Source: a virus
Reading direction: 5' to 3' (one strand)
Length of the DNA: 64,000 bases
Virus record (IMG/VR): IMGVR_UViG_3300021962_000025
Coordinates: 1 to 64,000 of that record
Made by a program: the position numbers and the translations under genes
Shown: positions 19,518-26,622 of the stretch, one piece after another
Layout: every line of letters starts with the position of its first letter
Numbering within the stretch: position 1 is the first letter of the stretch
Notes under the pieces: generated by a model
Told to the model about the DNA's origin: nothing
Database searches by the model: none
What the model saw: the letters and a program-made list of their open reading frames with translations, nothing else

Positions 19518-21791
19518 ATGAAATTATTAGATATCATATTGGAGAATAAAGTACCATCAGATCAGATGGAACAGGCCAGTCTCCTAAAAAACTTATTTAA
19601 AAACTCTACGAAGAATTTATCGGTTTTAACCCATGACGGATTAAAGGCGGTCGATTCTGTTTTAGCGAAAGACATTAAAGCCGTTTTTAAATCAAGAACC
19701 ATAACTGGAGTGAAGAATCTTGATGATTTAGTTGTACAGATGTCTAAAGGAACACTTTCAGCGAAAGGTGCTGGGGATTTAGCCGTTGGTTTACTAAAAA
19801 CAAAAGGAGTTAGTTCCATACAAATTAGACAAGTTGCCACTCAGTGGGTAGAACAACCCGGATTCATAAAAGCATGGGCCTCTAGAGGAAAAAATCCAAC
19901 AGTTAAGGAGTTGATGGCATCGGGTAAAGGTTATACTGAGGACGCGGCGAAGGAGATTGTTGCGGCATGTAAAAAGAGTAATAAATTCCAAAACAGCATT
20001 AAAAACGTAACAGGTACGACGGGTAAAACAGGTGCATCTACAGGTAAAACAGGCGCATCTTCAGGTAAAGGTGGGACACCAAAACCTGGAGGAGCAGGAT
20101 CGGTACCTCCGATATCAACATGGCAAAGAATTAAAAACGCGGCAAAATCACCAGGAAAGACCTTAATTAAAGGTGCGACCAAGGTGGTTAATGTTGCTAG
20201 AAAAGGTTATAGAAGTTATGGTTTTATAAAATTAATGACTTGGTTGGCGGTATTTGGTATTGGCGGAATTATGTTATACGATTTATGGAAAAAATTAATT
20301 GGGGGGTCTGACACAATTCCAACCGACGACGAATTAAGAAAAATGGACGATTGGGTAAATTGTATTTTAAAACCTTTACAGGATGATGATGGCGCTGAGA
20401 TTGTTGAGGCAGGTGATGAAGTAGGTTTGAAATACAGTATCGCCGAATTAGGTGGTGTGGAAACTGGTGGACACGTTATTTTCTATTCAGACCATACTAT
20501 TAAATCCGCTAACGGTAATACAGGAACGTGGTCATGTAATCAAGATGGATTACTAAGCGAACAGCAGTCAGAGGGTGGTGGAGAATTATCCGCAGCTCAG
20601 TTGAGTGCAGTAATTGACGAATTAGACGATCAACTTAGTGGTGATTTCTTTGAGTCTGACAGTACCGATATGATGGATGCTCTTAATGCGTTAAGAGGGG
20701 TTGTTGGTAAAACCTATAAAGGAAGAGATGCTATCGAGATCCTTAAGATAAACTACCCCAAAGTAGTTGGTATGTCCTTAGAACAACATGTTAATGAATT
20801 GACCAATTTAGACTTCGAGGCAATTGAGGCGAAAGAAGATTTCTTAAATATTTTGAGATCATCAAACTCAGGTGGGGGTCAACAACAATCGGGCGATTCT
20901 GATAATGCAGATACTTCACAGGGAGACGGAAATCCAAACACAGGACTTTCACATCTTACCATCACATGGGATTCCGCGGATAATGGTGGTGGAGGCGGAG
21001 GAGGAGCCATTATAGATAATTCAAACATCAAATTCAAACCATGTGGAGATTTCCCATTTGATTTGGGTTGTATTAGTGACAAAATTAAAGAATTACAGAC
21101 ATGTTTAAATAAAACAGGATCAGTCCTCAAAGTAGATGGTTACTACGGTAAAAAGACACACAAAGATCTTTTAGATATGGAAATGTTCGCTGATGGGGAC
21201 TCTAACGATACTATCATCACTAAAGTAATGTTTGACAACTTCATGAAGAGGTGTGATGATAATAATACTATTGTGACAACTGGAGATACAACCACAACTT
21301 CAGGAACGACCACAGGTGATACAGCTACCGTTTCGGGGTCAACTACTGATGACACCACTCAAACAGTTGAGGTACCTGTATTGGATACAAGGGCAATGAT
21401 TGATAAGTTCGGTGCTGAAAGATTGGAAAACATCAAAAAGATGACAGTCGACGGTAAAGTAATCAACGATATAATGGAAGACTATTTAGACTTTAGAAGT
21501 GGTAAATACGTTCTTAAAGGTGAAGTTGAGTTAACCGAGAATCAGTTATATGCAATTAATAGAGTAATGTCAGGTAGAGGTTATGTTTTCTTAAAAGATA
21601 AGGAAAAGGCCAATGACCAAGGTGAAGTAGTATTCTCAAAATATGTATGGGTGGCTGATAGAACATTAGATAATAAATCCAGAAGAGAGATTAGACGTAC
21701 CGCACGTTCTAACGAAAGAGCGGGTAGAAGAATCGATAGAGCTCAAGACAGATTAGATAATTTAAAAGCACAAACTTATGATGGTCAATAA
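19518..21791 (+). CDS. large virion-associated protein, one TM, possible PG-binding-like segment, Gly/Thr low-complexity linkers
   Basis: 'IKELQTCLN...LKVDGYYGKKT' resembles PG_binding_1; TM 'LMTWLAVFGIGGIMLY'. Confidence 0.7.
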   Translation: MKLLDIILENKVPSDQMEQASLLKNLFKNSTKNLSVLTHDGLKAVDSVLAKDIKAVFKSRTITGVKNLDDLVVQMSKGTLSAKGAGDLAVGLLKTKGVSSIQIRQVATQWVEQPGFIKAWASRGKNPTVKELMASGKGYTEDAAKEIVAACKKSNKFQNSIKNVTGTTGKTGASTGKTGASSGKGGTPKPGGAGSVPPISTWQRIKNAAKSPGKTLIKGATKVVNVARKGYRSYGFIKLMTWLAVFGIGGIMLYDLWKKLIGGSDTIPTDDELRKMDDWVNCILKPLQDDDGAEIVEAGDEVGLKYSIAELGGVETGGHVIFYSDHTIKSANGNTGTWSCNQDGLLSEQQSEGGGELSAAQLSAVIDELDDQLSGDFFESDSTDMMDALNALRGVVGKTYKGRDAIEILKINYPKVVGMSLEQHVNELTNLDFEAIEAKEDFLNILRSSNSGGGQQQSGDSDNADTSQGDGNPNTGLSHLTITWDSADNGGGGGGGAIIDNSNIKFKPCGDFPFDLGCISDKIKELQTCLNKTGSVLKVDGYYGKKTHKDLLDMEMFADGDSNDTIITKVMFDNFMKRCDDNNTIVTTGDTTTTSGTTTGDTATVSGSTTDDTTQTVEVPVLDTRAMIDKFGAERLENIKKMTVDGKVINDIMEDYLDFRSGKYVLKGEVELTENQLYAINRVMSGRGYVFLKDKEKANDQGEVVFSKYVWVADRTLDNKSRREIRRTARSNERAGRRIDRAQDRLDNLKAQTYDGQ

Positions 21792-22437
21792 TATTGAAAG
21801 TATAGTTAAAAAGACATTAAATGAGAGATATGAAATAAACAGATCTCTACGTCTTATCATTGAAAATGAAGAAACTTCTGATGATGAAAAATTAGATGGT
21901 GTACTTGATGCACTCATGGCATTATCAGATGAGGGTAAATCTGAAGAGGAGATAGAAGGGTCATTGGACGAGAGCATTACTGGTTGGTTAACAAAAACAT
22001 TTGGACTGGGTAATGACAAATCTTCGGATGGGGGAGGTGACACCTCTCTTTCTTTGGGTAACTTGGGTTCTAAAGCAGGATCTGGAGTGTTTTCACAAAT
22101 GAGAGAGTGGTTTATCAGAAAAGGTTTAGGATTTTTAGGTTTTGAGGGAGCCCTGGCCGACGCTATGGCGGCGATGTTTGCTGATTTAGATATAAGAGCA
22201 ATAATCGCATTGTTCAGAGGTGGTAATGCTTGTCAACAGTACGGTGATCAAATTGCCGATGCGATCCTCGAAGGTATTGGTACCTATGTTATGGGTGGTG
22301 CCGAAAATAACAGTATGGCACAAAACTTACTTAGAAATATGGTATTTGAATTTGAAAAATCATCTCAAATCGGTGAGATTATTGCTAGTAAAGTGTGTAG
22401 TTTCAATGTGAGGGGAGCACTGACAAATTCAATTTAA
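21778..22437 (+). CDS. hypothetical late protein
   Basis: ORF in late operon, followed by terminator. Confidence 0.7.
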   Translation: MMVNNIESIVKKTLNERYEINRSLRLIIENEETSDDEKLDGVLDALMALSDEGKSEEEIEGSLDESITGWLTKTFGLGNDKSSDGGGDTSLSLGNLGSKAGSGVFSQMREWFIRKGLGFLGFEGALADAMAAMFADLDIRAIIALFRGGNACQQYGDQIADAILEGIGTYVMGGAENNSMAQNLLRNMVFEFEKSSQIGEIIASKVCSFNVRGALTNSI

Positions 22438-22457
22438 AAATTTTAAAAATATATGTT

Positions 22458-22487
22458 AAATGACCCTCCAAGTGAGGGTCATTTTTT
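22458..22487 (+). terminator. Rho-independent terminator
   Basis: AAATGACCCTC-caagt-GAGGGTCATTT plus T-tract. Confidence 0.85.
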
Positions 22488-22508
22488 GTTTATGAGATAT
22501 TTATTAGT

Positions 22509-22605
22509 ATGAGATCAGTACTTTGGTCGGTACTCGGTTGATAAACGAAAATAACGAAAAGGAGGTGTTACTTATCTCGGCAAAGGGGTCATTGACCTCT
22601 TTGTT
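22509..22605 (+). ncRNA. putative late small RNA carrying a 12-nt extended Shine-Dalgarno (AAAGGAGGTGTT) without downstream ATG
   Basis: Flanked by TATTTAT (22498-22504) and hairpin+U tract (about 22583-22603); only a 10-codon ORF at its 5' end; shares motifs with 28695-28762. Confidence 0.5.
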
Positions 22606-22873
22606 CGTTTACGACTTTTTGAAGTTCTTTAATCGCCTTATCCTTCAAACTTTCCTCCACTAATGACTCTTCTATTTTATATTTTTTCTTATATCGTTCT
22701 TCAAAAGAGGATCCCACTCCGATTTCTAAAATTTCCGCATCGTTTGGTATTAGAGGTTTCCTCTTCCCCATATCAATGACATCATCGACTAAGATGTCGT
22801 GAAAAACTTTCAGGTTTAGTTTTTCCTTCTTTCGATATATTGTTTTATAAACTACAACTACAGGTGGTTTCAT
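22589..22873 (-). CDS. hypothetical protein
   Basis: TATTTAT 5 nt upstream of ATG. Confidence 0.65.
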   Translation of the reverse strand: MKPPVVVVYKTIYRKKEKLNLKVFHDILVDDVIDMGKRKPLIPNDAEILEIGVGSSFEERYKKKYKIEESLVEESLKDKAIKELQKVVNEQRGQ

Positions 22874-22886
22874 ATCATATAAATAG

Positions 22887-22912
22887 AAAAAAGGGATCCG
22901 AAGATCCCTTTT
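22887..22912 (-). terminator. terminator after tmRNA (bidirectional-capable)
   Basis: AAAAGGGATC-cgaa-GATCCCTTTT. Confidence 0.8.
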
Positions 22913-23324
22913 GGTGGAGGTGGCGGGGTTCGAACCCGCGTCTTGTTCGTCCCAACCATAAAGGACTACACGTTTAGGTTAAGGTTTTTCATACCTTCCA
23001 AAATATTTGGTTCCTATTTTGACATTGTTACCAACAACTGTGTCGAGTTCACTTTTAATAAGGTAGTACTCTGAACGAGACCTTTGACACTCCAAGTGGT
23101 ATCACACTATAAGACTTCTGTTCCAAGGTACATGTCCACCGACCCGTCGTAGGAATAACCTTAGGCTACTGCTACTTTAGAATCAACAGATACGAGACCC
23201 ATTAATTCCATTTGTGAATAAACGTTGCCGTCTAAAAAAACGTCACCATAGATTAAAGTGATAGGAAACATCTCACTACGTGCCCCGTATGACTGACTAC
23301 GCCAATCAATGCCATGTCACCCCC
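22912..23324 (-). ncRNA. ssrA: tmRNA, one-piece; tag (A)GNVYSQMELMGLVSVDSKVAVA*
   Basis: 5' GGGGGUG pairs with 3' CACCUCC-A-CCA including the G3.U alanine determinant; T-arm GCGGG-UUCGAAC-CCCGC; resume context UUAGAC-GGC; tag frame 23229-23161. Confidence 0.93.
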
Positions 23325-23331
23325 GTACTAA

Positions 23332-23592
23332 TTACTTAGTGTTATAAGGTTGTCTTCCATTACCTGAAGAACCACCTTGTTTTGGTTTGTTATTGTAGTA
23401 TCTCTTCTTCTTTGGTTTTGGAGATTCTGACAATTCAATATCAGATTTAATTTCCGCACTTTTGGGTAACCCTGTACCTGATGGTTTTGGGGTTCTGTTT
23501 GCGGGCTTAGGTCTTGAAACAGGTGCCGGTTTAACAGCGACGGTTTCCTTTACTCCAAAGAGTCTTTTAAAAAATGAAATAATTTTGTTCAT
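23332..23592 (-). CDS. small basic Pro/Lys-rich protein
   Basis: ORF between promoter 23611-23641 and ssrA. Confidence 0.6.
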   Translation of the reverse strand: MNKIISFFKRLFGVKETVAVKPAPVSRPKPANRTPKPSGTGLPKSAEIKSDIELSESPKPKKKRYYNNKPKQGGSSGNGRQPYNTK

Positions 23593-23610
23593 AATAAAAT
23601 GTTTTATATA

Positions 23611-23641
23611 TAAATATACGAAAAATTATGGTTTTTGTCAA
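23611..23641 (-). promoter_or_regulatory. Bacteroidota-type promoter TTG-N20-TATATTTA (likely drives small ORF + tmRNA)
   Basis: Exact 20-nt spacer. Confidence 0.65.
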
Positions 23642-24303
23642 ACCTTTATGGGTAGGTGTTTTTCGTACAACGCCTCAAAGAATAATTTACTCTTTGCCCA
23701 TTTTTTATCCACTTCACCTATTGATTTATGGTAAAGTTTTATTTTAGTTGTGATACCCACTTTAACTCCCTCTAAGTGATTTAATAAACATATGGGTAAG
23801 TCGTAGAAGTGAAATCCGTCAAATTGGGTATCAAAGTTTTTCTTTATTCTCTTTTTATGGATCATCATAAACAAACCGTCGATTACTACAACCTCCTTAA
23901 TTTTATCTTCGAAGGAATTAGAGTACTTAGAGATATATTTTTTACCATCGTGAATATGACCAACTTGCCCCTGCATAGAGTCCCTATCTTGCCACCATTG
24001 TCCTGAAATTAAATTATCCGTACCGGCCAAACCTATAATCCCATATTCGGGATTTTTATCAAATAATTTAATGATTTTAGGGGTAAGGTTTTTAGTTTCT
24101 AATTCCAGGTCGTCGTGGATAAAAACAACAATATCATTATCGGATTGATCTAATCCCTCATTATAAACCTGAGTGAGGGACTTAGTCCCATCATTCTCAA
24201 TAAAAATGTATTGATTCTTGGGATGAGAAAAAAATTTCTTAATATGATTAACGTATGTGTCGTCAATTTTTCGAGTAGAACATACAACGGTAATTGTATT
24301 CAT
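23638..24303 (-). CDS. GT2-like glycosyltransferase (Glyco_tranf_2_5 type)
   Basis: 'SLTQVYNEG','VFIHDD','GIIGLAG','VVIDGLFM','FDGFHFYD'. Confidence 0.85.
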   Translation of the reverse strand: MNTITVVCSTRKIDDTYVNHIKKFFSHPKNQYIFIENDGTKSLTQVYNEGLDQSDNDIVVFIHDDLELETKNLTPKIIKLFDKNPEYGIIGLAGTDNLISGQWWQDRDSMQGQVGHIHDGKKYISKYSNSFEDKIKEVVVIDGLFMMIHKKRIKKNFDTQFDGFHFYDLPICLLNHLEGVKVGITTKIKLYHKSIGEVDKKWAKSKLFFEALYEKHLPIKV

Positions 24304-24333
24304 AAATTAAGGGATATACCCTTAATGATAAAA

Positions 24334-24531
24334 CTATTGGGTGGATTTGTCAAGACTTTTTTTAATATGTTTAAATGCCTCCTCATAAACAGGTAACATA
24401 TCATAAGCGGTGGGACGAGGTTTGATTTCACTTTTGGAAACCATATCCCTTAATTGGTCAGCAACACCCAAAGAATGTGCTTCATACATCAACTCCTCTA
24501 ATAAGTCACTACTTGTTAAACCCATCACCAA
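24334..24531 (-). CDS. hypothetical protein
   Basis: ORF in operon context. Confidence 0.5.
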   Translation of the reverse strand: MVMGLTSSDLLEELMYEAHSLGVADQLRDMVSKSEIKPRPTAYDMLPVYEEAFKHIKKSLDKSTQ

Positions 24532-24646
24532 TATTGTCTAACTCTTGTTGTAATTTTTGTATTTGTCGTTTTATTTCTTGAGTTTGTTTTTCAAACTTAA
24601 GTTTTAAAATTTTATCTATTATCAATTTTTTATCTAATAGTGACAT
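24509..24646 (-). CDS. 45-aa coiled-coil protein not in ORF track (MSLLDKKLIIDKILKLKFEKQTQEIKRQIQKLQQELDNIGDGFNK)
   Basis: Hand-translated; TATTTAT 4 nt upstream of ATG. Confidence 0.55.
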   Translation of the reverse strand: MSLLDKKLIIDKILKLKFEKQTQEIKRQIQKLQQELDNIGDGFNK

Positions 24647-24685
24647 ATTAATAAATATGTAACAATTTAGTATGTTAAAAAATAA

Positions 24686-25138
24686 TTATCGACATTGGTA
24701 GTCCGCCGCCCTACTAGCAATTTGTTCGTTAGGTTTCACATTAACCTTAAAACCTAACGAATTAGCCCAACCTTTCGCCATAGGGATAAGTTTATTGGAA
24801 TAATACTTATCATTAGAATTATAATCTAAGTCAATTTGTATTTCCACCTTTATTTTTTCTGATATCCATTGAGCAATTTCTATTGAATATTCAGATTCTT
24901 TTAATAGTCGTGTAAATTTATCATTTATCCTATCTACACTAAAATTTTTATATATGTAATGGACGCCTCTACTTCCATACCTATATGCGATAACAATAGA
25001 ATATTTTGTGATCAAAGCCGAGTTTTGGGAGTCACAACCAACGTGAATTACAGTGTATGGACACAATTCTAAAACCTCTAAAGTGTGTTTTACTATCTCT
25101 ACTTTAGTTCCATCTATTTTTTGAAAGACTTTGACCAT
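24686..25138 (-). CDS. RNase H-like protein, YkuK/DUF458 family
   Basis: 'VIHVGCDSQ','YGSRGVHYI','ESEYSIEIA','IDLDYN','ASRAAD'. Confidence 0.8.
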   Translation of the reverse strand: MVKVFQKIDGTKVEIVKHTLEVLELCPYTVIHVGCDSQNSALITKYSIVIAYRYGSRGVHYIYKNFSVDRINDKFTRLLKESEYSIEIAQWISEKIKVEIQIDLDYNSNDKYYSNKLIPMAKGWANSLGFKVNVKPNEQIASRAADYQCR

Positions 25139-25165
25139 TCATATTTTTATTATTTTAAATTATTG

Positions 25166-25239
25166 TGGACCTAGAGGGACTCGAACCCCCGACCAATTGA
25201 TTATGAGTCAACTGCTCTAACCGACTGAGCTATAAGTCC
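25166..25239 (-). tRNA. tRNA with CAT anticodon, most likely Ile2 (lysidine); elongator Met not excluded
   Basis: Cloverleaf GGACTTA...TAGGTCC-A; loop CT-CAT-AA; G1-C72 and no triple GC anticodon stem, so not initiator. Confidence 0.85.
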
Positions 25240-25344
25240 AATAAAAAAACGGCGGGGGTTTGCGACCCCCATTTCTACTTCTGAATATGCTGATTAAGTC
25301 GACCTCACAGCAGGAATTTCATTTTCGTCTAATTACCGTCTTCG

Positions 25345-25418
25345 CTCTCCATCGAGGACTTGAACCTCGGACCTATTGATTAACAGTCAACCGCTCTAAC
25401 CGACTGAGCTAATGGAGA
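25345..25418 (-). tRNA. tRNA-Asn(GTT)
   Basis: TCTCCAT/ATGGAGA-G; loop CT-GTT-AA. Confidence 0.93.
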
Positions 25419-25427
25419 ATTGATATG

Positions 25428-25504
25428 TTGGGATGACGGGACTTGAACCCATATGTAACCACTTACTCTTTCTACAAGGTATAAGCTTGAGGAGATACAT
25501 CCCA
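25428..25504 (-). ncRNA. non-canonical tRNA-like RNA (no D-arm before anticodon arm; possible UAU anticodon)
   Basis: Acceptor TGGGATG/CATCCCA, T-arm ATGGG-TTCAAGT-CCCGT, hairpin CAAG-CTTATAC-CTTG, then hairpin GTAA-GTGG-TTAC. Confidence 0.65.
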
Positions 25505-25509
25505 ATCTG

Positions 25510-25582
<73 letters not shown>

Positions 25583-25585
25583 ATT

Positions 25586-25661
25586 AGGTTGAGGTAGGAA
25601 TCGAACCTATCACGTCACGTCCCGTGTTTGCGGGATTGCTCTACCACTGAGCTACTCAACC
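25586..25661 (-). ncRNA. tRNA-like RNA with aberrant 6-nt anticodon loop (CAAACA)
   Basis: Canonical acceptor GGTTGAG/CTCAACC and D-arm GCTC-AGTGGTA-GAGC, T-loop TTCGATT; anticodon arm TCCCG-CAAACA-CGGGA lacks U33. Confidence 0.7.
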
Positions 25662-25668
25662 CGTTTGA

Positions 25669-25827
25669 TTATTCCGCCACGGAATCCGTCGATACCGAAT
25701 CAACAACCACTTCTTCAACAGATACGGAATCAACAACCACTTCTTCAGAAGTTTGATCTTGATTGTTACTGTTGTTACAAGCGATTAAAGTAGCGGTAGC
25801 GAATAACAGAAAAAATAATTTTTTCAT
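25669..25827 (-). CDS. 52-aa Bacteroidota-type lipoprotein with EEVVVDSVS repeat
   Basis: MKKLFFLLFATATLIAC lipobox; start reassigned from the ORF that overlaps tRNA-Asp. Confidence 0.75.
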   Translation of the reverse strand: MKKLFFLLFATATLIACNNSNNQDQTSEEVVVDSVSVEEVVVDSVSTDSVAE

Positions 25828-25888
25828 TTCACTATTTTGTTTAATCAATTTATCATGGATTCTTTTGATGGTGACCATTATCCATTTG

Positions 25889-25962
25889 CGGTATGGACGG
25901 GACTCGAACCCGCGACCACTTGAGTGACAGTCAAGTATTCTAACCAGCTGAACTACCACACC
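25889..25962 (-). tRNA. tRNA-Asp(GTC)
   Basis: GGTGTGG/CCATACC-G; loop CT-GTC-AC. Confidence 0.93.
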
Positions 25963-25968
25963 GAATCA

Positions 25969-26099
25969 GCAATCAGGGTGGGATTCGAACCCACATCCAC
26001 TTTCGGTCGGACTGGCTTGTCATTTTGACTTCCCACGTTGTACACCGTGTTGTCCTGTGGAGTACCGATACCTACACATACCAATGTGCGACCTGATTG
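25969..26099 (-). ncRNA. 131-nt tRNA-like RNA with a large structured insert in place of the anticodon loop
   Basis: Acceptor CAATCAGG/CCTGATTG, D-like GCACAT-TGGT-ATGTGT, T-arm GTGGG-TTCGAAT-CCCAC. Confidence 0.65.
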
Positions 26100-26150
26100 T
26101 TTGCCACATTAGCTCCACTTTGTTTTTCCCAAAGAACAAAGAAACTTTTG

Positions 26151-26235
26151 CGGAGAGTGAGAGATTCGAACTCCCGGAACCTTTCAGTTCAATAGTTTTC
26201 AAGACTACCGCAATCGACCACTCTGCCAACTCTCC
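26151..26235 (-). tRNA. tRNA-Ser(TGA)
   Basis: GGAGAGT/ACTCTCC-G, type II variable arm, loop CT-TGA-AA. Confidence 0.93.
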
Positions 26236-26259
26236 AAACGACTTACATGGCATGCTAAG

Positions 26260-26332
26260 TGACCCTGGAACGACTCGAACGTTCGACCGACTGCTTAGAA
26301 GGCAGTTGCTCTATCCACTGAGCTACAGGGCC
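26260..26332 (-). tRNA. tRNA-Arg(TCT)
   Basis: GGCCCTG/CAGGGTC-A; loop CT-TCT-AA. Confidence 0.93.
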
Positions 26333-26412
26333 ATAAAAAAGAGACCCGGGCCCAACAAGCCGCCCGTTGTGAAACGAAATTAGACGGAAGGGCCCTTTTG
26401 AAGGTCTCTCAG

Positions 26413-26498
26413 TACCACCTGCCGGAATCGAACCGGCACGGACATCACTGCCCAAGGGATTTTAAGTCCCTCGTGTCTACCTATTTCACCAAGGTGGC
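26413..26498 (-). tRNA. tRNA-Leu(TAA)
   Basis: GCCACCT/AGGTGGT-A, type II, loop CT-TAA-AA. Confidence 0.93.
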
Positions 26499-26512
26499 AA
26501 TACTTTTCCCAT

Positions 26513-26524
26513 ATGTCAAAGAAC
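26513..26524 (-). promoter_or_regulatory. boxA-like antitermination element GTTCTTTGACAT
   Basis: Immediately downstream of promoter 26529-26559; identical copy at 27024-27035; resembles boxA TGCTCTTTAACA. Confidence 0.55.
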
Positions 26525-26528
26525 ACTT

Positions 26529-26559
26529 CAAATATACAGGCAATATTCTTTAAAATCAA
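26529..26559 (-). promoter_or_regulatory. strong consensus Bacteroidota promoter TTG-N20-TATATTTG for tRNA operon
   Basis: Exact -33 TTG / -7 TAnnTTTG. Confidence 0.8.
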
Positions 26560-26566
26560 TAGGGAT

Positions 26567-26600
26567 AAAAAAAATCCCCCACATTTCTGAGGGGGATTAT
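26567..26600 (-). terminator. terminator inside tRNA region
   Basis: AATCCCCC...GGGGGATT plus T-tract on minus strand. Confidence 0.7.
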
Positions 26601-26622
26601 ACTATCGTTCTGTAACTACTTA

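Noticed and set aside
25166-25239. CAT tRNA as initiator tRNA-fMet
   Set aside because: Has a G1-C72 pair and lacks three consecutive G-C pairs in the anticodon stem.
25828-25959. N-terminal part of listed ORF 25669-25959
   Set aside because: Overlaps tRNA-Asp; the real gene starts at the lipoprotein signal peptide ATG at 25827.
25969-26099. tRNA-Sec call for the 131-nt element
   Set aside because: D-arm and acceptor geometry are reminiscent, but there is no UCA anticodon loop and no selA/selB/selD in the window.
26020-26455. Listed ORFs 26020-26253, 26057-26383 and 26255-26455
   Set aside because: They overlap clear tRNA genes (Ser, Arg, Leu) and the tRNA-like element; they are translation artefacts of stable-RNA genes.
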